DNA from: Eutreptiella sp. 'Long Island Sound 2002'
Lineage: Eukaryota; Protista; Euglenida
Length of the DNA: 64,000 nucleotides
NCBI GenBank assembly: GCA_964036045.1
Contig: OZ038378.1
Span: 41,168,001 to 41,232,000 of the forward strand
Direction: 5' to 3'
Shown: positions 24,901-36,750 of the stretch, in pieces
Layout of the letters: each line of letters starts with the position of its first letter
Position numbering within the stretch: position 1 is the stretch's first letter
Translations under genes and position numbers: made by a program
The notes under the pieces: model-generated
The model's database searches: none
Told to the model about the DNA's origin: nothing
What the model saw: the letters and a program-made list of their open reading frames with translations, nothing else

Positions 24901-26230
24901 TCTTATCACGCCACCTGCAAAAGGCGGTCCGGCGGGAGACGGACCGCCTCTACGCCCAGCTGGCCCCGTCCGTAACCTTCGTCCGGGGTGCAGCAGGGGA
25001 CGACCAGGCTTGTAGGCCTAGGCTCAGCATCCGGCCGACAGCAAAGTGCTCACGGAGAGCCTCAGGTTTGCGGTGTGGGTGCGCATGGCGCCCTCAACCC
25101 ACACCTCGGCGCACGCGGAATTCCAGTGCGCGTACTGCTCGCAGCCGTGCAAGGGGTGGGGGGATCAGATGGTCCGCCCTTGCCCTGTATTGCTCGCAGC
25201 GTCCTTGACCGGTTTCCGGGCCATGTGCGCCCTGCTACGGTCCCGAAGTTATGCCGTATGATGACGCAACTCCCTGGGGGCCACGGTCTACAACAAAGCA
25301 GGCCACACCACGCATTGGAGGCTGGTGCGGGACGAGGACGTGGTTGTACACTCCGAGAGCGCCGCCCGGGACATGGCCATCACGTGGTCGATGACGGTGT
25401 GGGCCAGGGCCCCACCGCCCTGGCCTGCCCGCGAGCGCGCAGCCCTTATGGCGGGGTACGTGCGGGCAGTGGCGCACTCGCTGGTGCTTCCACTGCCCGC
25501 ATGGTGGTCGTGCCTCATCGCCGGCGGGAGCGGGTTGCTGCTGGGCCTGTTCTCGCCCTTGGCTGACGCTGGCACACTGCTACGCTATGCCATGGGAGAG
25601 TGCGCGTGCATAGCTGGGCCGCGCCCTGAGCTGGTGGGCCGCGCAATCCCCGTGTCCATATCGGACCCGGCGGAACGTGGGGTGTGCCCAAACGTGGTCC
25701 TCCGCGTGCGCGCCCGGCCGTCCTTGCATCGGGCCACCCCGGAGGTGGTTGTAGCCCCGCCCGCAACCTGCTGGGCGCTGCTCCCCGGCTTTACCATCCA
25801 GCCGCTCGTGGATGGGCCCTTGCTGGCTTTCCTTGCGGGCGCGGCGCCAGCCGGCTTCCTTGCAGCATCAGTACCCTTCCTCCCCTTAGAGAGGACGCCT
25901 CCGGGGGACCTGCTGGATGAGGGCGATGGTCCCGAGCCCCAAGCCGGTAACGCTGACTGCGGCGTGGTGCTCAACGTTGACGAGGACGACGAGTATGTCC
26001 TCGACTAGTCCCCCCCCCCCCCCCACCTACCCCCCCCCCTACCCCGCCCCCCCTCCAGCTCCGACCTGGCGTCGGGGGGGGGGGGGGCGTCGGCTCAACC
26101 CGCGGCCGGACTGCCCCCGCGCCTAGGGCAGGGATCCCTAGCGCTGCGCGCAGCCCCAGGGCAACCCAGCCCCCGGTCACGCAGGACAGTGCTGCCTCGG
26201 TAGGCCATGCCCTCGCCCCCCCCCCCCCCC
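21975..26230 (+). mobile_element. APE-type LINE remnant: APE - (inverted linker+RT) - RNase H-like - Zn finger - C-terminal ORF
   Basis: On plus: VAGDLN, RELDWIL and GLSTRRMV (APE). On minus 22475-23669: GNSRPVML, LDDWNKA, GVQGDKQG and VACSDD (RT). On plus again: IKFLG, GGGFSFPHL, GWGALVGD...AAQWAGKLKAWRLAETLG (RVT_3-like), CAYCSQPC, and 227-aa ORF 25325..26008. Confidence 0.85.
22475..23669 (-). other. 1195-bp internal inversion within the LINE
   Basis: Flanked by inverted 5-bp microhomology CGGAC (22470-22474) / GTCCG (23670-23674). Re-inversion gives the in-frame join ERVFAATD|MVQALWLERQ. Confidence 0.85.
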
Positions 26231-28399
26231 CGACCTTCGACCCCTCACACACATGCAGGGGACACTGTCACTGTGGCTGGTCACGGCTATTTACATAGAT
26301 AGTGGAGCACCCCAACCAAGAAGGGGACACATGGAGCCTGTGTGAATGAACTGCACTTGCACGCACTAACGTGATGAACTTATGGATGTACGACAGGCGG
26401 TGGTGGACGTCTGTACGTTTCAGCAAACCACCTTTATCTCCCCCCCCCCCCCCCGGGCCTCAGCGTGCCCCACACGCCGCACCTCCTCTCTCCCTTGACC
26501 GGCGTGCCGCACCTCGCCGCGGCCCCCGGCCGTGCGCTTGCTCCTCGGGCTGGGGTAGCCGGCGCCACGGCAGGCCCCCACGCAGCCCGCAGCACCGGCG
26601 CACCTAAGTGGCCATGGGCTCGCCCCCTGTGGCTAGCGGGGCGCCCGCCGTACGCTGGCGCCCTGCCCACACCACTGCGCGGCCCTCCTTGACCTCCCCG
26701 ACGCACACAGCGGGCCCAGTCTCAGCGGGCAGAGGAGCGCACCATCGGCCCCACCGCAGGCCGGCGGCAGCGCCGGCGCGAGCATAGTTGATTGTAGCAT
26801 CCGTTTCGCAGCATTTCGTCAACCCCGTGCCCGCTTTGTTTTGCCCGCGTAACGCGTGTCCGCCCTTGCTACCAATTGACGAGAACCGGGAGGTAGGGGC
26901 GACCCGCAGGGGCGGGAGGGGGCGACACGGGGGAAGGGTTCGAGCAGAGGGTGGCGTCCGGGAGCGGCGCCAAGGCGCAACATGCAACTACCATGTTGGC
27001 GAGGAGGGGAGACGCCCGCTCCAGACCCTCCCCCCCCGTCAGCAGGGAGGCCCCTCCCCTAGTTCTCGCTGAGCGCCGTCGCAGGCCCAGCTAACAGCCA
27101 CCCCTCACCGGGCCCAGGTGCACGGCCAGCTCCGAGAGATGTTCGGGGAAGGCGAGACCTCCGTCGTGGACCCGGTCATGCCTACATGCCCCCCCCCCTA
27201 GCAAGGCACAGGGACGCTAGGCACGCTCCGCAATGTGGGTACAACTTTGCACCATGTTACGGCTGTATATTGTTTAACCCCAGTACCGCGGCCTCCCGCC
27301 GCTATCCACGTACTAGACCGGCCGTCGCGAGTTGCAGCTGGTTTCCTGCAGCCGTCTTAGCACTTGGGAGCTGCACACACACCGCTCGATGGCGCGGTGC
27401 GACCCGGCGCCACCCCTACATCTTTGGCTCACCCATGTGAGCCAAGCGCTGCCCCACCCCCGCCTCCCGCGCATAGAGCAGTCCCTCGCGAGCGTCGCCT
27501 GTGCGCCACACGCCCTCTGTGAGCTGACCCTAGCCTCCTCAGCTTGGAGGACGTCCTCATCGGGTGCTTTCTCCATTGGACGGCTACCAGAGCGGCCTTG
27601 AGATGTCGGCCCCTCGGTGCGTTCCCCAGGGCTTGACAGTGTCGGGGCAAGCGCTCCAGGAGGCCCTCGGCTAACGGTATGACGTGGCAGCCCCGCTCTC
27701 GTGGTCCCCCCACCTCCACTGGAGGAATGGCATGTAGCCCGCTCTGCTGGCGCGACACGCCCCTCGCCACGCCCCCGGACCTACATGCGGCAGCCGGCGC
27801 GGCGTTGGCCTTGATCCCGAGGGTATTTGCGGTGTGGTATGCGGTGTTGCCAGCCCCAAGGGTGCCCCCGCAACCCCCACAGCACCAGTCCCCCCGCGCA
27901 GGGCACGACGCCACAGCGCGGGCGTGGCTCGCAGCCCGCGAGCTTGTGCGGGCACGGCGGTAGCGCCGTAGGGTGCAGGTCGCTTTTCCTGCACCTTGAC
28001 CCTGGTGTGCGGGCATTCGGCGGCCGTCCACCGAGGCTAATGTGACCCTCCCCCTCCCTCCCCTTGCCCCAACCCCCCGCCACCCATTGCCCCCATTGCA
28101 TGCATGGCCGGCCAATATGCAGAGGCATCGGGACAACCATCGAGCGTCCCTCAGGCGTCTTGTGAGCCTCAACATCGGCCCTCAAATCAAAAGAATGAAA
28201 TCCCCAACCGCCCCTCCCGCAGCCCCCACCCCCCCTCGTACCCCCTCCTAGACCCCCTCCCCCCATTGCCCCTCCCTGAACCCCCTCTAATGCCCCCCTC
28301 GCCCCCCCTTGGGGGGCCTACGACGAATAGTTACATAAGGGGGTAGTCGGCGTCCACAAACGAGGTGTCGCCCCCCACCCCCTCCGTGGGTGAAGTCCG

Positions 28400-29900
28400 C
28401 CCAGGCTTTGGTTTGGCCCGTCAAGTTGGGGTTAAGGACTCCCACATGGTTCTTTGCGAACGTGCGGACAATTGTTGGATTATCACATTGGTAACGAGTA
28501 CAATAGGGCACCCATGTGATGTGATGGGTACGTGGGACACAAGGTGGATTTACCAGATGGACGGCTATCATAGCCACACCCGTCCAATTAGTGGCGCCCA
28601 GCGAGGCACAAGGGCCGGCAGTAAGCAAGCATAAATTACCACGCTTTGAAGCCAGTGTTAGGAGTAGACTCTGGGGCAAGTCTCGCGATGACAATGCGCT
28701 AGAGATAATGCACACCCTCTTCAACCCTAGGACACAAGGTGTCGCCCATCATGAAGGTGGCATATAAATGGTTGGGTGTATCAAAATTGCTCAAATGCGG
28801 GGAGACCTCCAGACCTTGGTGTAGTCCACCGTGTAGTCCACAGTCAACGCCGTAAGCGGAGAGGATCCCAAACAATTCTCTGCCGGTTGGGTCCCACGAT
28901 CCCTTCATGAATTGCAATCCATTGGATGGAGAGACATTGGAAATTGGTGGCCCTAGACTAAGCCTCTACAACAGTCCGCAATAAACATAGACACCACCCC
29001 GTCCGAAAAACTTCAGCACTTGGTCAGACACTCCATGCGCAGACATGCCCTGTGCACCTTGGAGGTGAGGCGCCCGCGGCAGTGCATGGCAATCGGAGGA
29101 AATGTAGACCCAAGCACTATAAACATTCTACTCTCACCAGGCAGAGTTTGAGCACTCCCTACTCCGGGGACGAAGTGTAGAAGCGCTATGGATTGCACAT
29201 CAGGCACATGAACGGAAGTTGAGGTCCAACCCCCAATACGTGTACTACCATGCTCACTCCGAGACTCAAGGACACATCGTCTGGTAATGCGGGTCTTGGG
29301 CGCACATCCCTCTGTGGCACTAGGATGCGCAGACGCAAAAGTCGCAGTCCATAGGCTTGCCAGTAGCACCATCCAATTGGCCGGTGTGTCTATGCATCTC
29401 CGGCATCGTGCCTACCAAATGCTCCAAAGCAGAGGTGAACGACGCAGTACAATGCTTCATAATGGAATATCACTCGACGACCCTCTCGATCCTCAGGGAC
29501 CAGGTTGTGAAAAAGGACATGGACATCTTTGATTGGCGGAAGTAGAAAAAGGTGGGAATTGAGTACCCCTACTGCCAGCTTGTAGGCCCACTGCCAAAGC
29601 CCATACCATCCATGGCCATCACTGTATAGCCAATGAAACCAATTGAACTAGGACCACTCTCGCCGCTAGAAAGCACCAAGGTACTGAAACTGGAAGTTGC
29701 TATACTGCACAAACACCACAAGACGCTTGTTCCTAGGGGGAGTGCCGACGAAGTGCACGGCCCTTGTCCCACTAGGGGAACCCATGCTAGCGGGTCTATT
29801 GCCGCGCCCCTACTTCACGAGCACATACTTGATGTTCCCCATGATATTAAACGTGCGGAAGGACTGCGAGACCAGCTAGGTGACCAAGCTTTCACGGCAA
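28400..29900 (-). pseudogene. Penelope-like reverse transcriptase remnant
   Basis: Across frameshifts and stops on minus: IKDVHVLFHNLVPED (motif A-like), GLHQGLEVSPHLSNF (motif B'-like), and WVPYCTRY...IVRTFAKNHVGVLNP (resembles the PLE post-thumb motif). No intact xDD motif or GIY-YIG seen. Confidence 0.35.
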
Positions 29901-29992
29901 TTAGGAAGAGCGGAGTTGGACAAGCGAAGCCGGAACGCTAAAGACAAGCGTGAATTTAGGGAGTGCAGCCCGGCATTCAAAGTTGGCTCACC

Positions 29993-30155
29993 AAGATGGT
30001 TTTCATGGCCTTGTTACTCCAGCGATGCACCAACCAAAGCCAATCTTAGTGAAAGGAGGGGGGAAACCCGCTCCCAAAGATGGCATTCATGGCCTCGTTA
30101 CTCCACCGATGCACCAACCAAAGTCGGACTCAGTCAAAGGAGGAGGGAAACAACC
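29993..30155. repeat. Two-copy 84-bp tandem duplication
   Basis: AAGATGG starts at 29993 and 30077. Encodes DG(F/I)HGLVTP(A/P)MHQPK...VKGGGK twice in frame. Confidence 0.9.
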
Positions 30156-32910
30156 TTCGGGTCTCTTTGCAGTTGATTCCGTCCCACATTATCCTCGGGG
30201 TAGAGCATGAGCAAAGCCTTACGGCCTTCAGAGACGTACGAAACGGGCCCAGCCCCCTACTGTGGCCCCGTCGGCCCCAATTTCAGCCACCACAAGGGGA
30301 GGGTGCAGGCCGTGGGCTGGTTCCCCTTGGGTACCAGGAAAAGGGGTGCAGACGTTTTGCTGCCCCTACCCCCCCCCCCCCCAACAGAAATACAGCCGGA
30401 CTGAAGGCGGGCCCGGCACACCCCCCCCTCCCCCCTAGCATGCCCTTGCACCCTCACTGCAGGCCAACACATGGTGATCGAGGTCCCTCCCCTCGAGAAC
30501 AAGGGACCCGCATGGTAACGCAGCAGGTGGTCCACCTCTTCCCAGCAAGTGAGCACCACGAACCAATGAACGGACAGGTATACACATCCACCCCTACCCC
30601 TCTACCCCCCCACCCTACGCCCCCGACGGGAGAGGTGCACGGAGTCGGCGCCCTCGGGGCCAGCAACGTGGAGGCTGTGAAGGGCTCACAGCTTGACCGC
30701 TGTGGGTATCCCCTCGGCGGCCTGCCCAGGGAACCTCCAGGTGTGCGTGTGCCCCTCCAACTACATCCCGGACGCCTAGGCCAGCACTGCCCCGTGTGCA
30801 CTCCAGTGCAGTTGTGGGTGACCCCTGGAGGCGTGACAGCCACCTGCCGACCCCTGCCCCCCCCCCCCCTTCCCAAACCAGGAGGGCTGGCGAGCGTTGT
30901 CACCCTCTGGGTCCCGCCTTGTAAGAGCTGACCAAGGCGCAGTAGGCTCACTGGGAGCTCTGCTCCCTAGAGTGCTCCTGGGGCAGGGAAGTGCTCAGCA
31001 CGCCCCAGGACCTTCCTTCTACTAGGACGCTCCCAGCCGGTCTCGCACTCTGTGCAACGCTACTTGTGACCCTCTGGGTCAGTCAAGGAGCACCACAGAC
31101 CACACGCCCCGTGCACCCCTCTGGGGTTCAGTCGTGGGTTGGAGGAAGCTGCTGGTCACCCAACCCACAGACTCCCTCGGCAGCTTCGTGGTAGGGCACC
31201 CATGCCCGCTGCTGGGGCCCGGAGCACCGGGCACACACAACCCCCCACGCGCGCCAACCACGGCCCGCTGGAGAACGACAGAGGTGTGCCCATGCCTTGA
31301 AAGCCCCCCCCCCCCCCCCCCCGGGACCCCAGCGCGCGCGGACACACAGGCACGGCGGCATCTCCCCCCACGAGCGCCTTGGTGGGGTTCGGGGGTCGTC
31401 AGCAGTCTGGAGGGCTGTGAGACCAGACAGCCGGGGTAGGGCCTAGTCGAGCCGGTGAGGGAAGGACACACTGGGCGTGGGAGCCTGCCACCGATGCAAG
31501 CCACGACCCAACCCAACCCAACCCCCTCTTGTGGCTCCCCAGCAAACAACACCTAGCAGCCGGCAACCAGCAACCGCAGAGCCGCGGCATGCTGTGACTT
31601 ATCCAGAACTGCGACTCATGAGCTGTCACATGTTGTGCATGCTTTCATGAACACCGGTCATTCAATAAGACAACACCGGAAGCGATGTTGACCCCTGAGG
31701 CCTTCTCATCTCAGTACTCTCAGCCGCCGACCTCCATATCCCGGGGTAACCCCGCCACCCCTTTGACGAGCCGTGCACTTAGGCCCGTTGGGCGGTTCTC
31801 TAGGCGAAAAAAGCATCTAGGAACCCACGCCACCGCAAGCTAAGTGAAACGGGTACTGCGCTTCGCACTGCGTGCCAAGCGTCCAAGACCCTTACCAGCC
31901 GGACCCCTAGGCCCGCGACAAGTGCAGTGTAGAAAGCACATGGAGGCGCACCCTTCTAATAGGCTAGAGCACACAGCCTAGACCTCGCGTGGCAGCCGTG
32001 TGTTGACGCCACCCAGAGCGCCCATCACTCCTGGGGCAATCCAATGATTCCTTGGGCTAGGCTATCTAACCCCGGACACTGCGGCACCTATGCCGACCCA
32101 AGCGGTGCGGATACCCACGCAAAGCGTACCCAAATGCCCCCCGACGACCGGGGAAGGTAAAGGAAGGCCTCCGGGGAAAGCAAGCCTAAGACGGCAAATG
32201 CAACCTTCACACAAGGCACTAGCACTGGGCCTAGCACAAGCGCGCATGATGCATGTGGCGCTAGCAGCGGCGACGGTGCCCGAAACACACCGCGCCAAAC
32301 CACCCCACATAACATATGTCCCACAGCCGACATCAGATGCAGTATGCGTGCGGCGAACAACAACTCGGGAATGTCCTGCTGGTCCCCGGTAGTCACATCC
32401 ACCTCGAAAAGTGAATTTTGGCGTCCCGTAATAGGATGTGGTCCGGAGCAGCAACCTCTGCAATAGATGACCACTTGCATCCGATGTGCTGGATGGGCGA
32501 CTTGAACATTTTCTTGCGGGGGAATGGCACGCACACCTGCTACAAGAAAGGGGGGCGGGCTTCCAGAAATGGGATGCCGTGCCGGGCCCTTTGTTTTGTC
32601 TAAGGATCCATGTTGCCACCAAAAGCCTCGATGACAAAATTTGGAACCAAAACCTTTTTCCACCAAAAATTTTCCCCCACATATGCGTAGTCAAAACGAT
32701 CAGCGCGACGCGGGCATTATTTTGAGCCATATGTGTTGGGGGGGTAGATGATTGCTTTTTGTTTGCAAAACCGAAGTATGTACCAAAATTCAATGCGAAC
32801 CCAACCCGAAATCGGAACAGCCCAAACCCGAGACCAAGCACCAACCCAATCCCACACCAAAACCAAGCCCAACGTGCACGAGAGCCGAAGTGAACGCCAT
32901 GCACACTGAA

Positions 32911-33060
32911 TGTGAGGTCGGCACACTGGTGCAGGTGGTCTACAATGTCGAGCGCCCAAAAGAAGCCAAGAAGTGGAGATGGTTTAAGGGTACCGTCAAA
33001 GACCACATGCTCGCACCAGGCGCCAATGGGGCCATGCAGCTAAAAGTACACTGGGAAGCC
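32911..33060 (+). pseudogene. Tudor-like domain upstream of a LINE APE
   Basis: CEVGTLVQVVY...WRWFKGTVKDH...QLKVHWE within ORF 32752..33270 has the VG-x2-V-x-V / W-F-x-G-x-V / V-x-W pattern of Tudor-type barrels. Confidence 0.5.
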
Positions 33061-33329
33061 CAACCAAGATGGAGATTCAAAGAGGCGGCCCACCCATTGG
33101 AAGTGCGGGAGGACTGCCCTTTCCCGGAGAGACCACTGCAAACCTGCACACGTGAGAACGCGCTGCAGCCACGAACACTTTGGACGGACACATGGCTAGA
33201 GCAACCCGATGTGTCCGACGAACAACGGACGGCAGTCATGCTAAACATACACTTGTGGCCGGGACAATGACTGCTCTGCAGGGGGCGTGCACGGAGGTTA
33301 CACGTATGCACCGCCCCGTGTGACCACCG

Positions 33330-36300
33330 ACATCATTACACTCGCATCCTAGAACGAAACGGGGATCAAATATGGCCTAGCCAAAGCTCCCCACCTGCAC
33401 CACATACCCATTCTGATGCGAAGTGACCGGGACGCCATACTGTGGCAAGAACACGCCCTGATAACGCACATGACCCTGCTAGCGCTCACGCCCATTATCA
33501 CACGCAGCAGCTACCAATGCCACACACTACTTGGGTCAAAGGAGTACCCACCACCCACCGCCAAAACATCTAGGTGCACTGCCATCACGACATCGGGGTA
33601 CCGAGCCGGCTCGCAATGTATGAGCTACTGGGACCCACTTGGCAACTCCACGTGCTCAACATACAAGTAGCATTTGGAGCAGTCACATAGGAATTCTTGG
33701 ACGAAGTCATGAAGGCATACTGCCGGATGGCGTTCACCGGACGCACAATCATCACTCGAGACTTCAACGCGGCCCCCACAAATGACGACAGAGGGGGCCA
33801 GCCGACACAAGAAGACGTAGCGGTGCGGCTAGCCATGCACCACCTAGGCCTATGCGATCTCACTTCCTTCATGCGGGGGCAAACTTCCCACAAGGTGCTA
33901 CAACCGGGAAAGGCGCACTGCCACGTGCACTTGTGCTACGCGGACCCGACACAAGTGGAGGTGGATGCGGCCCGAAATTACAACCTCCTATCCAAATCTA
34001 CCGGCCACCGCTTCTTTGAACTGTGCCTGCGGGTGCCCCAAATGGCACCAGCACCAGTGTTTGCAACGGACGAGGGGGTGCCACCACCCATGCGAAAGGA
34101 GGACAACACTCGGCGCTGGACAACATACTATCCGACAATGGAGCGCGTGTTGGGGCGGCAATCCACACCACATCTTAACGTGCCCATGACGCAACCGGCC
34201 ACGGTATGTAGCCTACACAAGCACCATAGCTCTAACCGGGACACACCCACCCACTGTTAGTCTTTGAGTATTGGTATGGGACCTATGGCACGACAAGCGA
34301 GCCCTCCACAGAGCCACGCACTCCAACCGCCTACAAGTCCGCCAAACCGGCCCCGATATAGCCGCACGCCCCCACATGACGCGACAAAGCTTCCGCGAAT
34401 GGGGAATCGTGGCGCAATGACAAGTTACTGTCACGGTGGCAGTGACATGGGCCTCACACGTGGACGCCTGCGCTAGGGTGCTCGCCGTGTCCGCTCAGTG
34501 CACGCGGTTTTGGTTCCACCATAGTGTTCGGGTGACTCTCTATGCGGCGCACCGCGCACGTCAACGTGTCCTGTTGGGCACACTTTCTAGACTGCGCCGT
34601 CTCACCACAAGGGTCCTCCGGCATACAGAAATGCTGGAACTGGCGTTCCGCTGTGCGCTCGCCCACTCGGCCACAGTTGCCCGGTGACCCATGAGCTGGG
34701 GGACAGGGACACGTGGTTGACCGCAACCATGTGCAATACCTTGCAACTTTCCCGCGTCAGCCAACACGGATCCATGAAACAATGGCGGCAGGAGTCACTG
34801 GAGGAGGTGCGGGCCTGCATCAGCCGGTGGATGATGGAGTACCAGGCCTGGGTGGAGGAAATCGCAGAGCGGTGGAGCCTTGTCAGGGAACAGAAAAAGA
34901 GGCGTGCGAGTGCAGTCGCCTTATCAACGGGTTGGCGTTTCAAGCGATACGGGACGCACCACCCCGACACCCCGGACTACATCCAGCTTACTGGGGACCC
35001 TGAACCGACAGACCCATGGGAGATTCAGCTGACTGAATCTCCCAGGACCCACCGCACGTGACCCTTGGCTCGCTACCACCACAAGAGAAAAACATCACTT
35101 GAAAGTTCGGACTGCGCAGCCAATGCCCGTGGCAAAGCAGATCTGCACACCACTGTCAGCCGACTTGTGGGATAACTTGTCCCCACAGGCGTCCTCGATG
35201 GACGTGCATAACCCGCACGAAGCCTGTGGCTATAGTTACAACGGCTGTACTGATGCTAGGCGACCTGCCTATGAGTGCCCCTTCTTTGTTCATAGTGAGA
35301 CTTTGAACTTCGAACTTATGTGGCGCCGGAAGTATAAAAAAAAAACAAAGTTTCCGCAAATGGCATGACCACACCACGCGGAGGTAGCACAAGAGTAACG
35401 GCGCTACCTCCACCAACCCCACCGGTACAAATCCCTCAACCATGTCGAGCGGGTTTGGGGTGCCATAGGCCACCGGGACATCAAAGCGGTCCTACCGGCG
35501 GACAGCTCCATCGCTAACAACCCCGCCATAATCCTGCAAGGGGGTTTCTTACCCTCTTCCAAAAACAGCACGTCTTTGGACACCAGGAGTCGTCTAAGCA
35601 CACCAAAGAACTCATGTTTCACCCGATCTGCCTCTACAACCGGGAGCGAGGACGAAACATGCACACCAGCCCATTCAGCCTCCAAGACATAGACACGGCA
35701 TTGAGAAAATTGCAACCGGGCAAAGCCCAAGGAGTGGACGGACTCCCCGCAAAAGTGTTTTGCACGCTCCCACTGCCCCTTAGGCGACACCTAGTATCAC
35801 GCCTTTGGAGCATCGCCATTGGAACAACAAAAATACGCCCGGACAAGGCAAAGATGAAAGGGTGCTGGATGGCAGGTAGATGCGCACGGACACCGTTTTG
35901 GTTTTATGGGATGCACTAGGTTCGCTCGATTCGGGGGTATGTCTTTTTTGTGTTGTGGTGCCACATGAGTTCAAAGTTCATCGGAAGAGCTATGAAAAAA
36001 GAAGACACTCTTAGGCGTTGGCAGAGTATGTACAACCGTTGTAACGATAGGCAATGGGATTTTGCAAAGCGACGATAAAAAGCACATTGCCGCAAGTGTT
36101 GACCAATGGGGACCTGTGTTGACTACCTTCTCTAACATGATTGTTTGGACACCTGGTGTCTGTGGCAGATTTGCACTAGCATAACAACCGACGCCTAAGG
36201 TCACCGGTACCCACAAATGTACAACGGTGGACATTCCACACCAAGTCACAGTTTGCCAGTGCACCTGCCGTTGGTGATGGCAAAATCTGCTCACCCCCTT

Positions 36301-36750
36301 TACCAGAAAGGGGACTGGGTAAACCAAGACAACTGCTGCCCAATCGTGTGCGCCGCGACGGAGGCCACGCTCATGTGGAGGCAGCTACTGAAACGCATAG
36401 CACCTCCTGTGTACCAAGGCATCCCACCTACCATGTGGGGGCCATCCCAACCGCGCCCGAGGCCATTTTCATACAATACGCGGTGGCAGACACGGACCGC
36501 ATAGACCTCATCATTGCATCACTCAATGTCAAGGGCGCCTTCCCCAACACCCCACACTGTGTGCCGGAGGCCATCTGGAAACAAATGGGGCCCCCATTTG
36601 TGGGATTTCTTCACGTGTACTTGCTCCCCGGCGTGTGCGCTATCCAAAACAAAGTCCGCATCACACCATGGGTCTATCCCATCAGTGGAGTACCGCAAGG
36701 AAGAGTGTACGGACCTTTCTTGTTTCTACTCGCCTCACTACCCATGTGAC
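33330..36750 (+). mobile_element. APE-type LINE ORF2 remnant (APE, linker, RT up to motif B')
   Basis: ITLAS*N and DAILWQEH; IITRDFNAAP and STGHR (APE). KLQPGKAQGVDGLP, PLYQKGDW, SLNVKGAFPNTPH and SGVPQG (RT). Truncated before the xADD motif. Confidence 0.88.
35853..36278 (+). mobile_element. 426-bp insertion in the RT region carrying a possible divergent DDE_Tnp_4 fragment
   Basis: Flanked by GGCAAA direct repeats (35847-35852 and 36279-36284). Removal restores IRPDKAK|SAHPLYQKGDW. The insert reads LDSG(fs)Y...KFIGR...TLRRWQSMYNR. Confidence 0.6.

Noticed and set aside
32062-33006. 314-aa minus-strand ORF as a gene
   Set aside because: It is antisense shadow of the plus-strand LINE-associated frame and has no domain motifs.
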